A stretch of 64,000 bases of DNA from an uncultured Gemmatimonadales bacterium (GTDB lineage: Bacteria > Gemmatimonadota > Gemmatimonadetes > Gemmatimonadales > GWC2-71-9). This document shows, piece by piece, positions 8,143-18,272 of the stretch. Every line of letters begins with the position of its first letter. Position 1 is the first letter of the stretch. The DNA lies in NCBI GenBank assembly GCA_963779755.1, contig CAVZZO010000001.1, positions 2,240,001-2,304,000 of the forward strand, read 5' to 3'. The notes below the pieces were generated by a model, which was not told the origin of the DNA, searched no databases, and saw only the letters and a program-made list of their open reading frames with translations. A program made the translations under genes and the position numbers.

Positions 8143-9633
8143 ATGTCGCTCGCCACTCGTGTGCTCTCGGAACGGCCTGAGAACCACCGGACCCCTGTTC
8201 TCGCCGTGGCTATTCCCGAGGGCGATCTACCCGCCTCGCTGCAGAAACTGGACCAGAAGACGCGCGGGGCGCTGAGCCGCCTCATGGCCGCGGGCGATTT
8301 CCGGGGAAAGCCGCAGGAGATCGCCCTGGTTTATCCCGAGGGTGCGGCACAGCGGATTCTCCTGGCGGGGCTGGGCAAGGTTGACGCCCTGACGCCACGG
8401 GTCCTGCGCCGTACCGCCTCGGTGGTGGGCAAGCGGATCCGGCAGATGGGAGTGGAGCGTGGCGCGTTTCACCTGGCCTCGGAGGCGCTGTCGGCGGTAC
8501 CCGCTCGGGCTGCGGCGCAGGCGATCGTCGAGGGGGTGTCGCAGGGTGCGTGGTATTTCGGTGAGATGAAACGGCCGCCGGAAGACCAGCGCGCCGAGCT
8601 GGAAGAAATCGCCCTGCTGGCGCCGGCACAGACGAAGGAATTCGAGGCGGGGCAGGCGACGGGCGCGGCCATCGCCGCCGGCCAGGCCTACACCCGCGGG
8701 GTGCAGGTGCTGCCGGGGAACCTGTGCACCCCGGCCTACCTGGCCGGGCGCGCGGAGGCGCTGGGCCAGGCTTACGGGTTTACGGTCACGGTGCTGGACC
8801 GTGCCGCCATGGAGCGGGAGGGCATGGGCGGAGTCCTGGGCGTGGCCCAGGGCAGCGCCCAGGAGCCGCGGTTCATCACGCTGGAATACCAGGGGGCCCC
8901 GGGCGATCCCATCGTGCTGGTGGGCAAGGGCGTCACCTTCGACAGCGGCGGGATCTCCATCAAGCCGGCGGCGAACATGGAGGACATGAAATACGACATG
9001 TCGGGCGCGGCCGCCGTGCTGGGCGCGTTCGAGATGCTGGGCCGGCTCCAGCCGAAGGTCCACGTGGTTGGCCTCATCCCCTCGGCCGAGAATATGCCGT
9101 CGGGGTCCGCGCTCAAGCCGGGCGACGTCATCACGGCGAGCAACGGCAAGACCATCGAGATCATCAATACCGACGCCGAGGGCCGGCTGTTGCTGGCCGA
9201 TGCCCTGTCCTGGGCGCGGCGGCTGCATCCCGCCTGCGTCATCGACGCGGCGACGCTCACCGGCGCCATTGTGATCGCGCTGGGCCACTCGGCGACCGGC
9301 GTGATGGGGACCAGCGACGAGCTTATCGAGGAGCTGCGCCGGGCGGGCGACCGGGCGGGCGAGCCGGTCTGGCCCCTCCCGTTGTGGGAGGACTACCGGG
9401 ATCTCATGAAGTCCGACATCGCCGACGTGAAGAACTCGGGCGGCCGGCCGGCGGGCAGCATTTCGGCGGGGTGGTTCCTGCGGGAATTCGTCGAGGGCTA
9501 TCCCTGGGCCCATCTGGACATCGCCGGCACGGCCTGGACCGACCGCGACATGTCGGACCTGGTCCGGGGCCCCACGGGAGTCGGCGTGCGGCTGTTCTGC
9601 GAGTTCATCCTCGGCCGCGCGGCCGCCTCCTGA
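8143..9633 (+). CDS. pepA: Leucyl aminopeptidase (M17)
   Basis: VGKGVTFDSGG, MKYDMSG, NTDAEGRL, HLDIAG; start set to ATG 8143 after GGAG. Confidence 0.96.
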   Translation: MSLATRVLSERPENHRTPVLAVAIPEGDLPASLQKLDQKTRGALSRLMAAGDFRGKPQEIALVYPEGAAQRILLAGLGKVDALTPRVLRRTASVVGKRIRQMGVERGAFHLASEALSAVPARAAAQAIVEGVSQGAWYFGEMKRPPEDQRAELEEIALLAPAQTKEFEAGQATGAAIAAGQAYTRGVQVLPGNLCTPAYLAGRAEALGQAYGFTVTVLDRAAMEREGMGGVLGVAQGSAQEPRFITLEYQGAPGDPIVLVGKGVTFDSGGISIKPAANMEDMKYDMSGAAAVLGAFEMLGRLQPKVHVVGLIPSAENMPSGSALKPGDVITASNGKTIEIINTDAEGRLLLADALSWARRLHPACVIDAATLTGAIVIALGHSATGVMGTSDELIEELRRAGDRAGEPVWPLPLWEDYRDLMKSDIADVKNSGGRPAGSISAGWFLREFVEGYPWAHLDIAGTAWTDRDMSDLVRGPTGVGVRLFCEFILGRAAAS

Positions 9634-9733
9634 CCGGCGGCATTTGATCCGCCCGGCGGCGGGCCGCCATATTGCGTCGGTCCGGCGGCGCCTTGCCGGC
9701 GCGACGGCTCACCGACTTCCGGATCCACGACGC

Positions 9734-11533
9734 ATGCCTCTGACGCTCCGGCGCCTGCCGGCGCTGCTGTTCCTGCTGGGCTCCGCTGTGGCCGTGCCGG
9801 CCGGGGCGCAGGTCGTGGATTCCCTGGGCCCCGACAGCACCGCGGCCGACACGGTGGACCAGACGGCGCGCTACCTCAAGGCCCAGGAAGCCGAAGGGGT
9901 GAGGCTCCCGGTGCTGCCGCGCATCGGGCTCACCGGCCCGTTTGCCGCGCAGAGCCGGATGGTCTTCACCCAGGATTCCATTCTGTGGACCAACGCCGAA
10001 ACCCTGGGGGATCTCCTGCAGGAGGTTCCCGGGGTTTTCCTCTGGCGGGGCGGCTGGTTCGGGCAGCCGGAGTACGCCAACTACCGGGGGCGCGGCACCG
10101 CCTCGGTGGAGTACTGGCTCGACGGGCAGCTGCTGCCGGCGCTGGGCCCCGACAGCCTGGCATTCGATCCGGCCACCCTGGCGCTCAGTCTTCTCGAGCG
10201 GGTCGAGATCGAACGGCTCCCCGGAACACTGCGGGTGCAGCTCTTCACCCGGCGCAACGACCGGCTCAGCGCCCAGTCCCGCATCGGCGTTTCGACCGGC
10301 GACCGCTCGGTCGCGCGGTACTACGGCGCGCTGGAACGACGCTTCCGCTCGGGCCTGGGGTTCTCCGGCGCATTCGACTACTTCAGCGCGCCCACCGGCA
10401 GCGGGTTCTCCTCCAATTATTCCAACCTGATGTACTGGCTTCAGGCGGGTTGGCAGCCCTCGCCCCGGTTCGGGCTGCAGGTGCAGAGCATCCGGATGAG
10501 CCCCGATCGGGCTCCGTTCCTGCGGGGCCCGGGGGATACTATCGCTACCGGTCTCAAAGGCAAACGCGAAGACGACCAGGTCCGCCTCTTCTGGGGCCGG
10601 CCCGACCGGGGGACCGGCGCCCGGCTGGATCTGCTCTACGGCCGCAGCCGCTGGAACGGGAGCGGCGTCATGCAGACGATGGACCAGGGCACGGCCCGGG
10701 TGTCGTGGCGGACGGTGCGCGCCGGCCTCGGCGGCAGCGCGACCTGGCGCTCGCGCTGGACCCCGTGGGACTTCCGGGCCACCGGGGGTGTGGCGCTGCC
10801 CGGCGGCCTGTCGCTCGACGGCGAAGCGGCCTGGCTGCAGCACGACAACAACCGCACCAGCCACTGGGTGTCGGGGCATGCCAGCCTGGCGCTCCCGCTG
10901 GGCGCGGTCCTCTCCGGCGGCGCCCGCTTCGGCCGCGAGGTCGCCGAGCCCTCGCTGGCATCGGATACGGCACAGAAGGTCGCCAGCTTCGAGGGGAGCT
11001 TCGGCTTCGAGCGGCCCTGGCTGGGAGTGGAGGTGGGGCTGACCCGTACCAGCGCCTTCGCGCCCCGGGTCTTCCAGCCTTACCTGGTGGTCGATCACTT
11101 CCAGTCGCTGGCCGATCGCAGCTGGATCACCGGGTCGATCCGGCTCCGGCCGGTGCAGTGGCTGACCCTGGAGTCGTGGTACAGCGACCCCACGGGCGAG
11201 GGCATCAACGGTATGCCTCCCACCCATTCCTATACGACCGCCACCATCCGCTCCCGGTTTCTCCACGACTTTCCCAGCGGGATCTTCGACCTGAAGCTGC
11301 AGGTCGCGATGGACGCCTGGAGCGACGGGGTGGTGGGTTTCGACGCCGGTGGCAATCCCATCAAGCTGGGCGGCGCCACCTTCTTCCGCAGCCTGATCGA
11401 GATCAGGCTGGCCGGCCTGGTGCTCTTCTGGGACCGCCTCAACCTCTCCGCCGCCCGCCGCAGCTACATCCCCGAATACCCCATGCCGCGGGCGGGGAGC
11501 GTGTATGGGGTGAGGTGGGAGTTCCTTAACTGA
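9734..11533 (+). CDS. Outer-membrane receptor with TonB-dependent-type plug domain
   Basis: Signal peptide ending AGA-Q; plug motifs DLLQEVPGV, YRGRG, YWLDG, LERVEIER; C-terminal YGVRWEFLN. Confidence 0.8.
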   Translation: MPLTLRRLPALLFLLGSAVAVPAGAQVVDSLGPDSTAADTVDQTARYLKAQEAEGVRLPVLPRIGLTGPFAAQSRMVFTQDSILWTNAETLGDLLQEVPGVFLWRGGWFGQPEYANYRGRGTASVEYWLDGQLLPALGPDSLAFDPATLALSLLERVEIERLPGTLRVQLFTRRNDRLSAQSRIGVSTGDRSVARYYGALERRFRSGLGFSGAFDYFSAPTGSGFSSNYSNLMYWLQAGWQPSPRFGLQVQSIRMSPDRAPFLRGPGDTIATGLKGKREDDQVRLFWGRPDRGTGARLDLLYGRSRWNGSGVMQTMDQGTARVSWRTVRAGLGGSATWRSRWTPWDFRATGGVALPGGLSLDGEAAWLQHDNNRTSHWVSGHASLALPLGAVLSGGARFGREVAEPSLASDTAQKVASFEGSFGFERPWLGVEVGLTRTSAFAPRVFQPYLVVDHFQSLADRSWITGSIRLRPVQWLTLESWYSDPTGEGINGMPPTHSYTTATIRSRFLHDFPSGIFDLKLQVAMDAWSDGVVGFDAGGNPIKLGGATFFRSLIEIRLAGLVLFWDRLNLSAARRSYIPEYPMPRAGSVYGVRWEFLN

Positions 11534-11614
11534 GGGACAAGGGACAAGGGACAAGGGACAAGGGACAACGGGGACTTAGTGCCTTGTCCCTGGTTCCTTA
11601 TCCCCCTGTGTCCC
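11534..11614 (+). repeat. (GGGACAA)5 heptamer array plus degenerate complementary arm
   Basis: Five perfect copies at 11534-11568, starting immediately after TGA; TTGTCCC/TGGTTCC/TTATCCC/GTGTCCC at 11584-11614. Confidence 0.95.
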
Positions 11615-11666
11615 ACGCCTGCGCCCAGCTATATTTTCCAGCTTTCCTTGTGCGGGAGCAGCGCCT

Positions 11667-12542
11667 TTGCCACGCAGCATGACCGGCTACGGGGCGGCGG
11701 ATGGGAGCGTCGCCGGCGGGCGGTTTGGCGTCGAGATCCGTACCGTCAACCACCGGTATTTCAATCTTTCGCTCAAGGTGCCGTCCGATTTTGCGCCGCT
11801 GGAGGGCGACCTCCGCGAGCTGCTGCGGCGGGAGTTCGAGCGGGGACACGTGTCGGTGTCGCTTCGCTGGACCGAATCGGCGGGCCGGATGATGGCGCCG
11901 CAGCTCAATCTGGAGCGGGCGTACGAGGTGCTGGACGTGCTGCGCCGGCTTCAAACCGAGCTGGGCCTTCCCGGCCAGATCGACGTCTCCATGCTGGCCC
12001 GGCAGCCGGAGGTCATCACCAACGCTGCCACCGAGCCGGAACCGCCGGCCTGGGACGCGGTGGCGCCGGTGGTGCAGGAGGCTGCGCGGGCCTGCAACGA
12101 GATGCGGGTGCGGGAGGGCGACGTCCTGGCCGGGGAGCTCAAGTACCGGCTGGACCTGCTGGAAGCCGGCCTGGAGACGGTCCGGGCGCTGGCCCCGGCC
12201 CGGCTGGTCCGTGAGCGCGACCGGCTGCACCGGTCGGTGGCCTCGCTGCTGGAGGGCGCCGCGCCCGATCCGGACCGGCTGGCGCAGGAGATCGCCCTCC
12301 TGGCCGACCGGCTGGACATCACCGAGGAGCTGGTGCGCTTCGCCGCCCATATCGCGGCGGCGCGCCGGGCGCTGGGGGCGGGCGGCCCCGCCGGCAAGCA
12401 GCTGGGGTTCCTGGCGCAGGAGCTGGGGCGCGAGGTGAACACCATCGGCTCCAAGGCCAACGACGCCGAGATCACCCGGCAGGTGGTGCAGATGAAGGGA
12501 GAGCTGGAGAAGTTCCGGGAGCAACTCGAGAACCTGGAATGA
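11667..12542 (+). CDS. yicC: YicC/YloC family endoribonuclease
   Basis: RSMTGYG, EIRTVNHRY, DITEELVRF, GKQLGFLAQELGREVNTIGSK; upstream of gmk. Confidence 0.95.
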   Translation: MPRSMTGYGAADGSVAGGRFGVEIRTVNHRYFNLSLKVPSDFAPLEGDLRELLRREFERGHVSVSLRWTESAGRMMAPQLNLERAYEVLDVLRRLQTELGLPGQIDVSMLARQPEVITNAATEPEPPAWDAVAPVVQEAARACNEMRVREGDVLAGELKYRLDLLEAGLETVRALAPARLVRERDRLHRSVASLLEGAAPDPDRLAQEIALLADRLDITEELVRFAAHIAAARRALGAGGPAGKQLGFLAQELGREVNTIGSKANDAEITRQVVQMKGELEKFREQLENLE

Positions 12543-13186
12543 GGCCCTTCCTGCTGGTCCTCTCCTCGCCTTCGGGTGGGGGCAAGTCCACCATCGCGCA
12601 CCACCTGCTGCAGGGGCGCGACGACCTGGGCTATTCCGTCTCGGCAACCACCCGCCCCCGGCGGGAGCACGAAGTGGATGGACAGGATTACTTTTTCCTC
12701 TCCCGCGGGGAGTTCGTGGGGCGGCGGGATGCCGGGGAGTTCGTGGAGTGGGCCACCTATTCGGGGCATCTCTACGGCACCCTGCGGAGCGAGCTGGAGC
12801 GGATCTTCGCCGAGGGCCGGCACGCCGTGCTGGATATCGAAGTCGAGGGTGCGCGCCAGGTCCGCAAGCAGTTCCCCAACGCGGTCCACCTCTTCGTGCT
12901 GCCGCCCACCGGCGCGGCGCTGGGGCAGCGACTGCGGGAACGGCGGACCGAAGCGTCTGCGGTGCTGCGCGCCCGGCTGGAACGGGCCGCGGAAGAGCTG
13001 ACCGCGGTGGAGCAGTATGATTACGTCGTGGAGAACGACGATCTGGCGGCGGCGGTGGAGCATGTCGCCGCGGTGATCGACGCCGAAGCGCACCGGGTGG
13101 CCCGGCAGAAGGACCTGGGAGCGCGGATCGAACAATTGCGGCGCGAGGTCGCCGCCGAGGTGGCCCGGATTCCGGAATCCGACTGA
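12539..13186 (+). CDS. gmk: Guanylate kinase
   Basis: SSPSGGGKST, SVSATTRPRR..EVDGQDYFF, YGT. Confidence 0.97.
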   Translation: MRPFLLVLSSPSGGGKSTIAHHLLQGRDDLGYSVSATTRPRREHEVDGQDYFFLSRGEFVGRRDAGEFVEWATYSGHLYGTLRSELERIFAEGRHAVLDIEVEGARQVRKQFPNAVHLFVLPPTGAALGQRLRERRTEASAVLRARLERAAEELTAVEQYDYVVENDDLAAAVEHVAAVIDAEAHRVARQKDLGARIEQLRREVAAEVARIPESD

Positions 13187-13220
13187 CGGCCGCCGTCCTG
13201 CACCAGCAGAGGAGCAGCAG

Positions 13221-13427
13221 ATGCGCATCTACACACCGCACGAAGCCGCCCGCGAGGCGGGTAACAAGTATCTCGGGGTCCTGGTCGCGGCGAAGTTCGC
13301 CCGCTATCTCAATGAGCTGCCGCCGGGCATGGATCAGGACCGGAAACTGACGACCGTGGCGCTCGACGCGCTGGCGTCGGGCCAGCTGTCCTACAAACTG
13401 CTGCGCCGGCGCCGGTCGGAAGCGTGA
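13221..13427 (+). CDS. rpoZ: RNA polymerase omega subunit
   Basis: GNKYLGVLVAAKFARYL...KLTTVAL; position between gmk and coaBC; GAGGAG RBS. Confidence 0.88.
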   Translation: MRIYTPHEAAREAGNKYLGVLVAAKFARYLNELPPGMDQDRKLTTVALDALASGQLSYKLLRRRRSEA

Positions 13428-14653
13428 CCTGGGCCGGCCGCCGCGTCGTCCTCGGCGTGTCGGGCGGGATCGCCAGCTACAAGAGCTGCCACCTCGCCCG
13501 GCGCCTCACCGAAGCCGGGGCCAGCGTAGACGTGGTGCTGACGCAAGGGGCCGCGGAGTTCGTGCGGCCCCTCACCTTTGAGGCCCTGACCGGCCGTCCG
13601 GTGCTCACCTCGCTCTGGGAACCGGGCACCGCACTGGCGCATATCCAGCTGGGCCGCCAGGCCGACCTGATCATCGTTGCCCCGGCGACGGCCCACCTGC
13701 TGGCGCGCGCGGCCCAGGGCATGGCCGACGATTTCCTCACCGTGTTACTGCTGGCGCGCGCCGCGCCCCTGCTGCTGGCCCCGGCCATGAACGACGCGAT
13801 GTACGCCCATCCCCAGACGCAGCGCAATGTGGCCGCGTTGCGCCAGGCGGGCGTGCACTTCGTGGGGCCCGAGGTGGGGCCCCTGGCCGAAGGCGAGTCC
13901 GACCGGCCGGGGCGGATGAGCGAGCCGGATACCATCCTGGCCCATGCGGAGCGGCTGGTCCGCCGGGGCGGGCCACTGGACGGGCGCCGCGTGGTCGTCA
14001 CCGCCGGCCCTACCCGGGAATCGCTCGACCCGGTACGGGTGCTCACCAACCGGTCCAGCGGCAAGATGGGCTACCATCTGGCGGAGGCCGCCTGGTTGCG
14101 GGGAGCGGAGGTACGCCTGGTCAGCGGGCCGGTGCAGCTGCCCCCGCCCGCCGGCCCGGTGGTGCGGCGGGTGGAAACCACGGCGCAGATGGAAACGGCG
14201 GTGCGGGAAGAGCTGGGCTCGGCGGATGTCCTGGTAATGGCGGCGGCACCGGCCGACTACCGGCCGCGCCAGGCGGCGGCGGTGAAACGCCCCCGCAGCG
14301 CGGGCGCGCCCGACCTGCGGCTCGAGGCGACGGCCGATATCCTCGAGGAGACGGCCGCGGCGCGGAAGCCGGGCGCGGTCATCGTCGGCTTCGCGCTGGA
14401 AACGGGGCCGGCGCTGGAGCGGGCGCGGGAGAAGTTGCAGCGGAAGGGCCTGGACCTCATTGTTGTGAACGACGCGCTCGAGCCGGGCGCGGGTTTCGAG
14501 CATGATACCAACCGCGTCACCCTGCTGCTGCGCGATGGCACGGCACGCGAGCTGCCGCTCTTGCCCAAGCGCGCGGTGGCGGAGGCGGTCCTGGATGCGG
14601 TGGAGGAGCAACTTGTCCGACGAACGGCGACGGTATCTCCAACAGCAGATTGA
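13424..14653 (+). CDS. coaBC: Bifunctional phosphopantothenoylcysteine decarboxylase/synthetase
   Basis: GVSGGIASYK, APATA, PAMNDAMY, TAGPTRESLDPVR.LTNRSSGKMG, GFALET. Confidence 0.96.
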   Translation: MTWAGRRVVLGVSGGIASYKSCHLARRLTEAGASVDVVLTQGAAEFVRPLTFEALTGRPVLTSLWEPGTALAHIQLGRQADLIIVAPATAHLLARAAQGMADDFLTVLLLARAAPLLLAPAMNDAMYAHPQTQRNVAALRQAGVHFVGPEVGPLAEGESDRPGRMSEPDTILAHAERLVRRGGPLDGRRVVVTAGPTRESLDPVRVLTNRSSGKMGYHLAEAAWLRGAEVRLVSGPVQLPPPAGPVVRRVETTAQMETAVREELGSADVLVMAAAPADYRPRQAAAVKRPRSAGAPDLRLEATADILEETAAARKPGAVIVGFALETGPALERAREKLQRKGLDLIVVNDALEPGAGFEHDTNRVTLLLRDGTARELPLLPKRAVAEAVLDAVEEQLVRRTATVSPTAD

Positions 14654-15362
14654 ACTGGGTGGCGCGGAGGCCCTGCTGGCCGCGCCCCCGGAAAACGGCG
14701 TGAGCGCGGGCGAGGCCGGGCAGCCCCGCTGGCGACGCGGGGCGCCGCCCATCCCGGGGCCGGGCCTGGTGATCGAGCCGCCCGCGCTCACCCTGCTGGG
14801 CGATGGCCCCGCCCTGGATTCGCTCGAGGCGGTCTCGCGAGTGGTGAGCACCTGTACCCGCTGCCCCCTGTGCCAGGGCCGCACCAATACGGTTCCGGGC
14901 GAGGGCGACCCGGCCGCCCGCCTGGTGCTGGTGGGCGAAGGGCCGGGGCAGACCGAGGACGAACTGGGGCGTCCCTTCGTGGGCCGGGCGGGCGACCTGC
15001 TGAACGACATTCTGACGGCGATCGAGTTGCCGCGGGAGCGGGTATTCATCTGCAACGTGGTGAAGTGCCGGCCGCCGCAGAACCGCAAGCCGCTGCCCGA
15101 CGAAATGGCCGCCTGTCTGCCCTATCTGCATCGTCAGCTCGCGCTGGTGGCGCCGCGGGTGATCATGGCGCTTGGTGCCACGGCCGCGGAGGCGTTGCTG
15201 GGCGTCCGCAAGAGCCTGGGCGAGCTGCGGGGGAAGGTGCACCGCTACGGCGCCACGCCGCTGGTGGTGACGTATCATCCCGCCGCCCTGCTGCGAAACC
15301 CCAACTGGAAGAAGCCGACCTGGGATGACGTTCGTATCGCCCGTCAGCTCCTCGAGCAGTGA
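14613..15362 (+). CDS. Uracil-DNA glycosylase family 4 (4Fe-4S)
   Basis: CTRCPLC, VGEGPG, PFVGRAG, NVVKCRPP, TYHPAALLR; TTG start at 14613 after GGAGGAG. Confidence 0.93.
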   Translation: MSDERRRYLQQQIELGGAEALLAAPPENGVSAGEAGQPRWRRGAPPIPGPGLVIEPPALTLLGDGPALDSLEAVSRVVSTCTRCPLCQGRTNTVPGEGDPAARLVLVGEGPGQTEDELGRPFVGRAGDLLNDILTAIELPRERVFICNVVKCRPPQNRKPLPDEMAACLPYLHRQLALVAPRVIMALGATAAEALLGVRKSLGELRGKVHRYGATPLVVTYHPAALLRNPNWKKPTWDDVRIARQLLEQ

Positions 15363-16719
15363 GTCGCTGACCAACCGCTCGGCTCCCTGGGACAACTCGG
15401 CGGAGCAGGCGGTGCTGGGCGCGATGATGCTCGACCAGAACGCCGCCCTGCGCGCGGCGGAGCTGCTGGACCCCGCGCAGTTCTACCGCGAGGGGCACCG
15501 GCGGCTCTTCCGCGCCATGAGCCGGCTGGTCCAGCAGGGCGTGGTCATCGACCCGGTCACGCTGCGCGACGAGCTGGCCCGCCAGGGCGAGCTGGATCAG
15601 ACCGGCGGGGTCGAGTACCTCTCGGAGCTGGTGGATGCGGTCACCTCGCCCGGCAACGTCGAGGCGCACGCGAGGATCATCCGCGACAAGGCGGTGGTCC
15701 GCCAGCTGATCGAGACCGCCTCCAATATCATCTCCGAAGCCTACGAGCAGCGCTCCACCGCCAACGAGCTGCTGGACGTCGCCGAGTCGCGGGTCTTCCA
15801 GATTTCGCAGACCCGGCACGAACGGGGCTTCACCCGGATCAAGGAGATGCTCTCGGACACCATCGAGCGCATCGAGCAGCTGCAGAAGACCGGGAAGTCG
15901 GTCACCGGGGTACCCAGCGGCTTCAAGGATCTGGACGAGCTGACGGCGGGTTTCCAGCGCTCGGAGCTGATCATCGTGGCCGCCCGCCCGTCGATGGGCA
16001 AGACCGCCTTCTGCCTCAACGTGGCGGCGCATGCCGCCATCGAGGAAGAAGTCGGGGTCGCGCTCTTCTCGCTGGAAATGTCCAAGGAGTCGCTGGTGCA
16101 GCGGCTGCTCGCGTCGGAAGCCTGGGTGGATACCCAGAAGATCCGCCGCGGCGGGCTGCGCGATCTCGACTTTACCAATCTGGCCAAGGCGGCCGGCCGG
16201 CTGCACAGCTGTCCCATGTGGATCGACGACACCCCCGCGCTCACCCTTCTGGAAATGCGCTCCAAGGCCCGGCGGCTCAAGGCGCAGAACGAGATCGGGC
16301 TGGTGATCGTGGATTATCTCCAGCTCATGCGCAGTCCGGAGAAGGCGGAAAACCGGGTGCAGGAAATCAGCGAGATCAGCCGGTCGCTCAAGAGCCTGGC
16401 GCGGGAGCTGGAGACGCCGGTGGTGGCGCTGTCCCAGTTGTCGCGCGCCACCGAGCAGCGCGGCGGCGACCGGCGGCCCATTCTCTCCGATCTGCGCGAG
16501 TCCGGCGCCATCGAGCAGGACGCCGACCTGGTGCTCTTCATCCACCGGCCCGAGATGTACAAGCCGCCGGAGGAGGCCCGCCAGGAGGGGCTGGAAGGAA
16601 AGGCGGAGGTGATCGTCGGCAAGCAGCGCAACGGGCCCACGGGCACCGTGCAGCTGTTCTACCACAAGACGTTCACCCGCTTCGACGACCTGAGCAACCG
16701 GCCCGAGCCGGAGGCGTAG
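15325..16719 (+). CDS. dnaB: Replicative DNA helicase
   Basis: AEQAVLG, AARPSMGKT, VDYLQLM, LSQLSR, DLRESGAIEQDAD, KQRNGPTG. Confidence 0.98.
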   Translation: MTFVSPVSSSSSESLTNRSAPWDNSAEQAVLGAMMLDQNAALRAAELLDPAQFYREGHRRLFRAMSRLVQQGVVIDPVTLRDELARQGELDQTGGVEYLSELVDAVTSPGNVEAHARIIRDKAVVRQLIETASNIISEAYEQRSTANELLDVAESRVFQISQTRHERGFTRIKEMLSDTIERIEQLQKTGKSVTGVPSGFKDLDELTAGFQRSELIIVAARPSMGKTAFCLNVAAHAAIEEEVGVALFSLEMSKESLVQRLLASEAWVDTQKIRRGGLRDLDFTNLAKAAGRLHSCPMWIDDTPALTLLEMRSKARRLKAQNEIGLVIVDYLQLMRSPEKAENRVQEISEISRSLKSLARELETPVVALSQLSRATEQRGGDRRPILSDLRESGAIEQDADLVLFIHRPEMYKPPEEARQEGLEGKAEVIVGKQRNGPTGTVQLFYHKTFTRFDDLSNRPEPEA

Positions 16720-16910
16720 TCAGGAGCCAGTACGCCTGCCGGATGTCCCGCCTGCGCCCTGCGCTGATTCGCCTCGGGGCAATCCTCCACCATCAGCTGC
16801 TATCTCTGTCCCCCGGCGGTCTCGGCGGTGAGTACACGCCGCAGTGCCGGGACTATTCCATCCCGCCCGACCCGGCGATATTTCCCACCCCATTCCACCG
16901 GACGACCTGA

Positions 16911-18272
16911 GTGCCCCGACCCCGATCCGTCTACCGCTGCCTCGAGTGTGGCCACGATCATCCCAAGTGGGTCGGGCGCTGCGAGGCATGCGGAGAATGG
17001 AACACCGTCGCCGAGGAGCCCCTCAGCCTGACGCCCGGACGGCCGGACACCCGGTCGGCAGGTGGGGGAGTGGTGAATCCGCCCCAGCGCCTCGCGGATA
17101 TCGCCGAGTCGCAGCTGACGCGCTGGCAGACCGGGCTGCGCGAGTTCGATTTCGTGCTGGGCGGCGGCCTCGTCCCCGGCTCCATGACCCTGGTGGGCGG
17201 GGAGCCGGGCATCGGCAAGTCCACCCTGCTGCTGCAGGTGGCCGCCCGGCTCGAGGCCTCGGGCCGCCGGGTGCTGTACGTGAGCGGGGAGGAGTCGCCC
17301 GAGCAGCTGCGACTCCGGGCCGACCGGCTGGAAGAAGACGCGGGGGCGGTGCACGTGCTGGGCGAAAACCGGCTCGAGGTGCTGCTGGAGGCGGCCGGGC
17401 GGCTGCCCGCCGACCTGGTCATCCTCGACTCCATTCAGACCGCGTACACCGACCTGCTGGAGGGGGCGCCGGGCAATGTGGGCCAGGTCCGCGAATGCGC
17501 GGCGCGGCTCATGCGCTTCGCCAAGGAGACCGGCATCGCCGTGATCACCGTCGGCCACGTCACCAAGGGCGGCGGCATCGCCGGCCCCAAGACCCTGGAG
17601 CACATTGTCGATACCGTGCTCTACTTCGAGGGCGAGGCGCATCACGACTACCGGCTGCTCCGCGCCACCAAGAACCGGTTCGGCTCGGTCGACGAGCTGG
17701 GCGTCTTCTCCATGGGGCCGCAGGGCCTGATCCAGGTGGCCAACCCGTCGGCGCTCTTCCTGGCGGCGCGCGACGCCTCCACCTGCGGCAGTGCCGTCAC
17801 CGCGCTCATGGAGGGGACCCGCCCCGTGCTGGTGGAGGTGCAGGCGCTGGCCGCCCATTCCGGCTTCGGAACGCCGCAGCGGGTGGCGACGGGCCTGGAG
17901 CAGAAGCGTCTCGCGGTGCTGCTGGCGGTGCTGGAGCGGAGGGGTGGAGTGGCCTTCGGCGACCTCGATGTCTTCGTGCAGGTGAGCGCGGGAGTCCGGC
18001 TGGCGGAGCCCGGTGCCGACCTGGCGGTCGCCGCCGCCCTGCTGTCCAGCCTGCACAACCGGCCGGCTCCCGCCCATACCTTGTTCCTGGGCGAGCTGGG
18101 CCTGGGGGGAGAAATCCGGCCCATCGCGGGGCTGGAGCGGCGGCTGGCCGAGGCCGGCCGGCTGGGATTCCAGCGGGCCATCGTTTCCGCGCGGAGCGGA
18201 TCGGCGGCGAGCGGGATCGCGCTGACCGGGCTTTCTCATATCGACCAGCTGGTGGCCACCCTTGCCGCGTGA
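16911..18272 (+). CDS. radA: DNA repair protein RadA/Sms
   Basis: N-terminal C4 zinc finger, GGEPGIGKSTLL, KNRFG, GELGLGGEIR. Confidence 0.97.
   Translation: MPRPRSVYRCLECGHDHPKWVGRCEACGEWNTVAEEPLSLTPGRPDTRSAGGGVVNPPQRLADIAESQLTRWQTGLREFDFVLGGGLVPGSMTLVGGEPGIGKSTLLLQVAARLEASGRRVLYVSGEESPEQLRLRADRLEEDAGAVHVLGENRLEVLLEAAGRLPADLVILDSIQTAYTDLLEGAPGNVGQVRECAARLMRFAKETGIAVITVGHVTKGGGIAGPKTLEHIVDTVLYFEGEAHHDYRLLRATKNRFGSVDELGVFSMGPQGLIQVANPSALFLAARDASTCGSAVTALMEGTRPVLVEVQALAAHSGFGTPQRVATGLEQKRLAVLLAVLERRGGVAFGDLDVFVQVSAGVRLAEPGADLAVAAALLSSLHNRPAPAHTLFLGELGLGGEIRPIAGLERRLAEAGRLGFQRAIVSARSGSAASGIALTGLSHIDQLVATLAA

Noticed and set aside
11534..11614. Tandem arrays as a CRISPR locus
   Set aside because: Units are 7-9 bp with no unique spacers, and there are no cas genes in the window.
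15325..16719. Intein in DnaB
   Set aside because: The 464-aa length is normal and the motifs are contiguous.
16720..16910. dnaB-radA spacer as an ncRNA or degenerate repeat arm (CTCTGTCCCCCGGCGGTCTCGGCGGTGA)
   Set aside because: Only a weak resemblance to the 25014-25051 arm, with no partner arm or clear periodicity.
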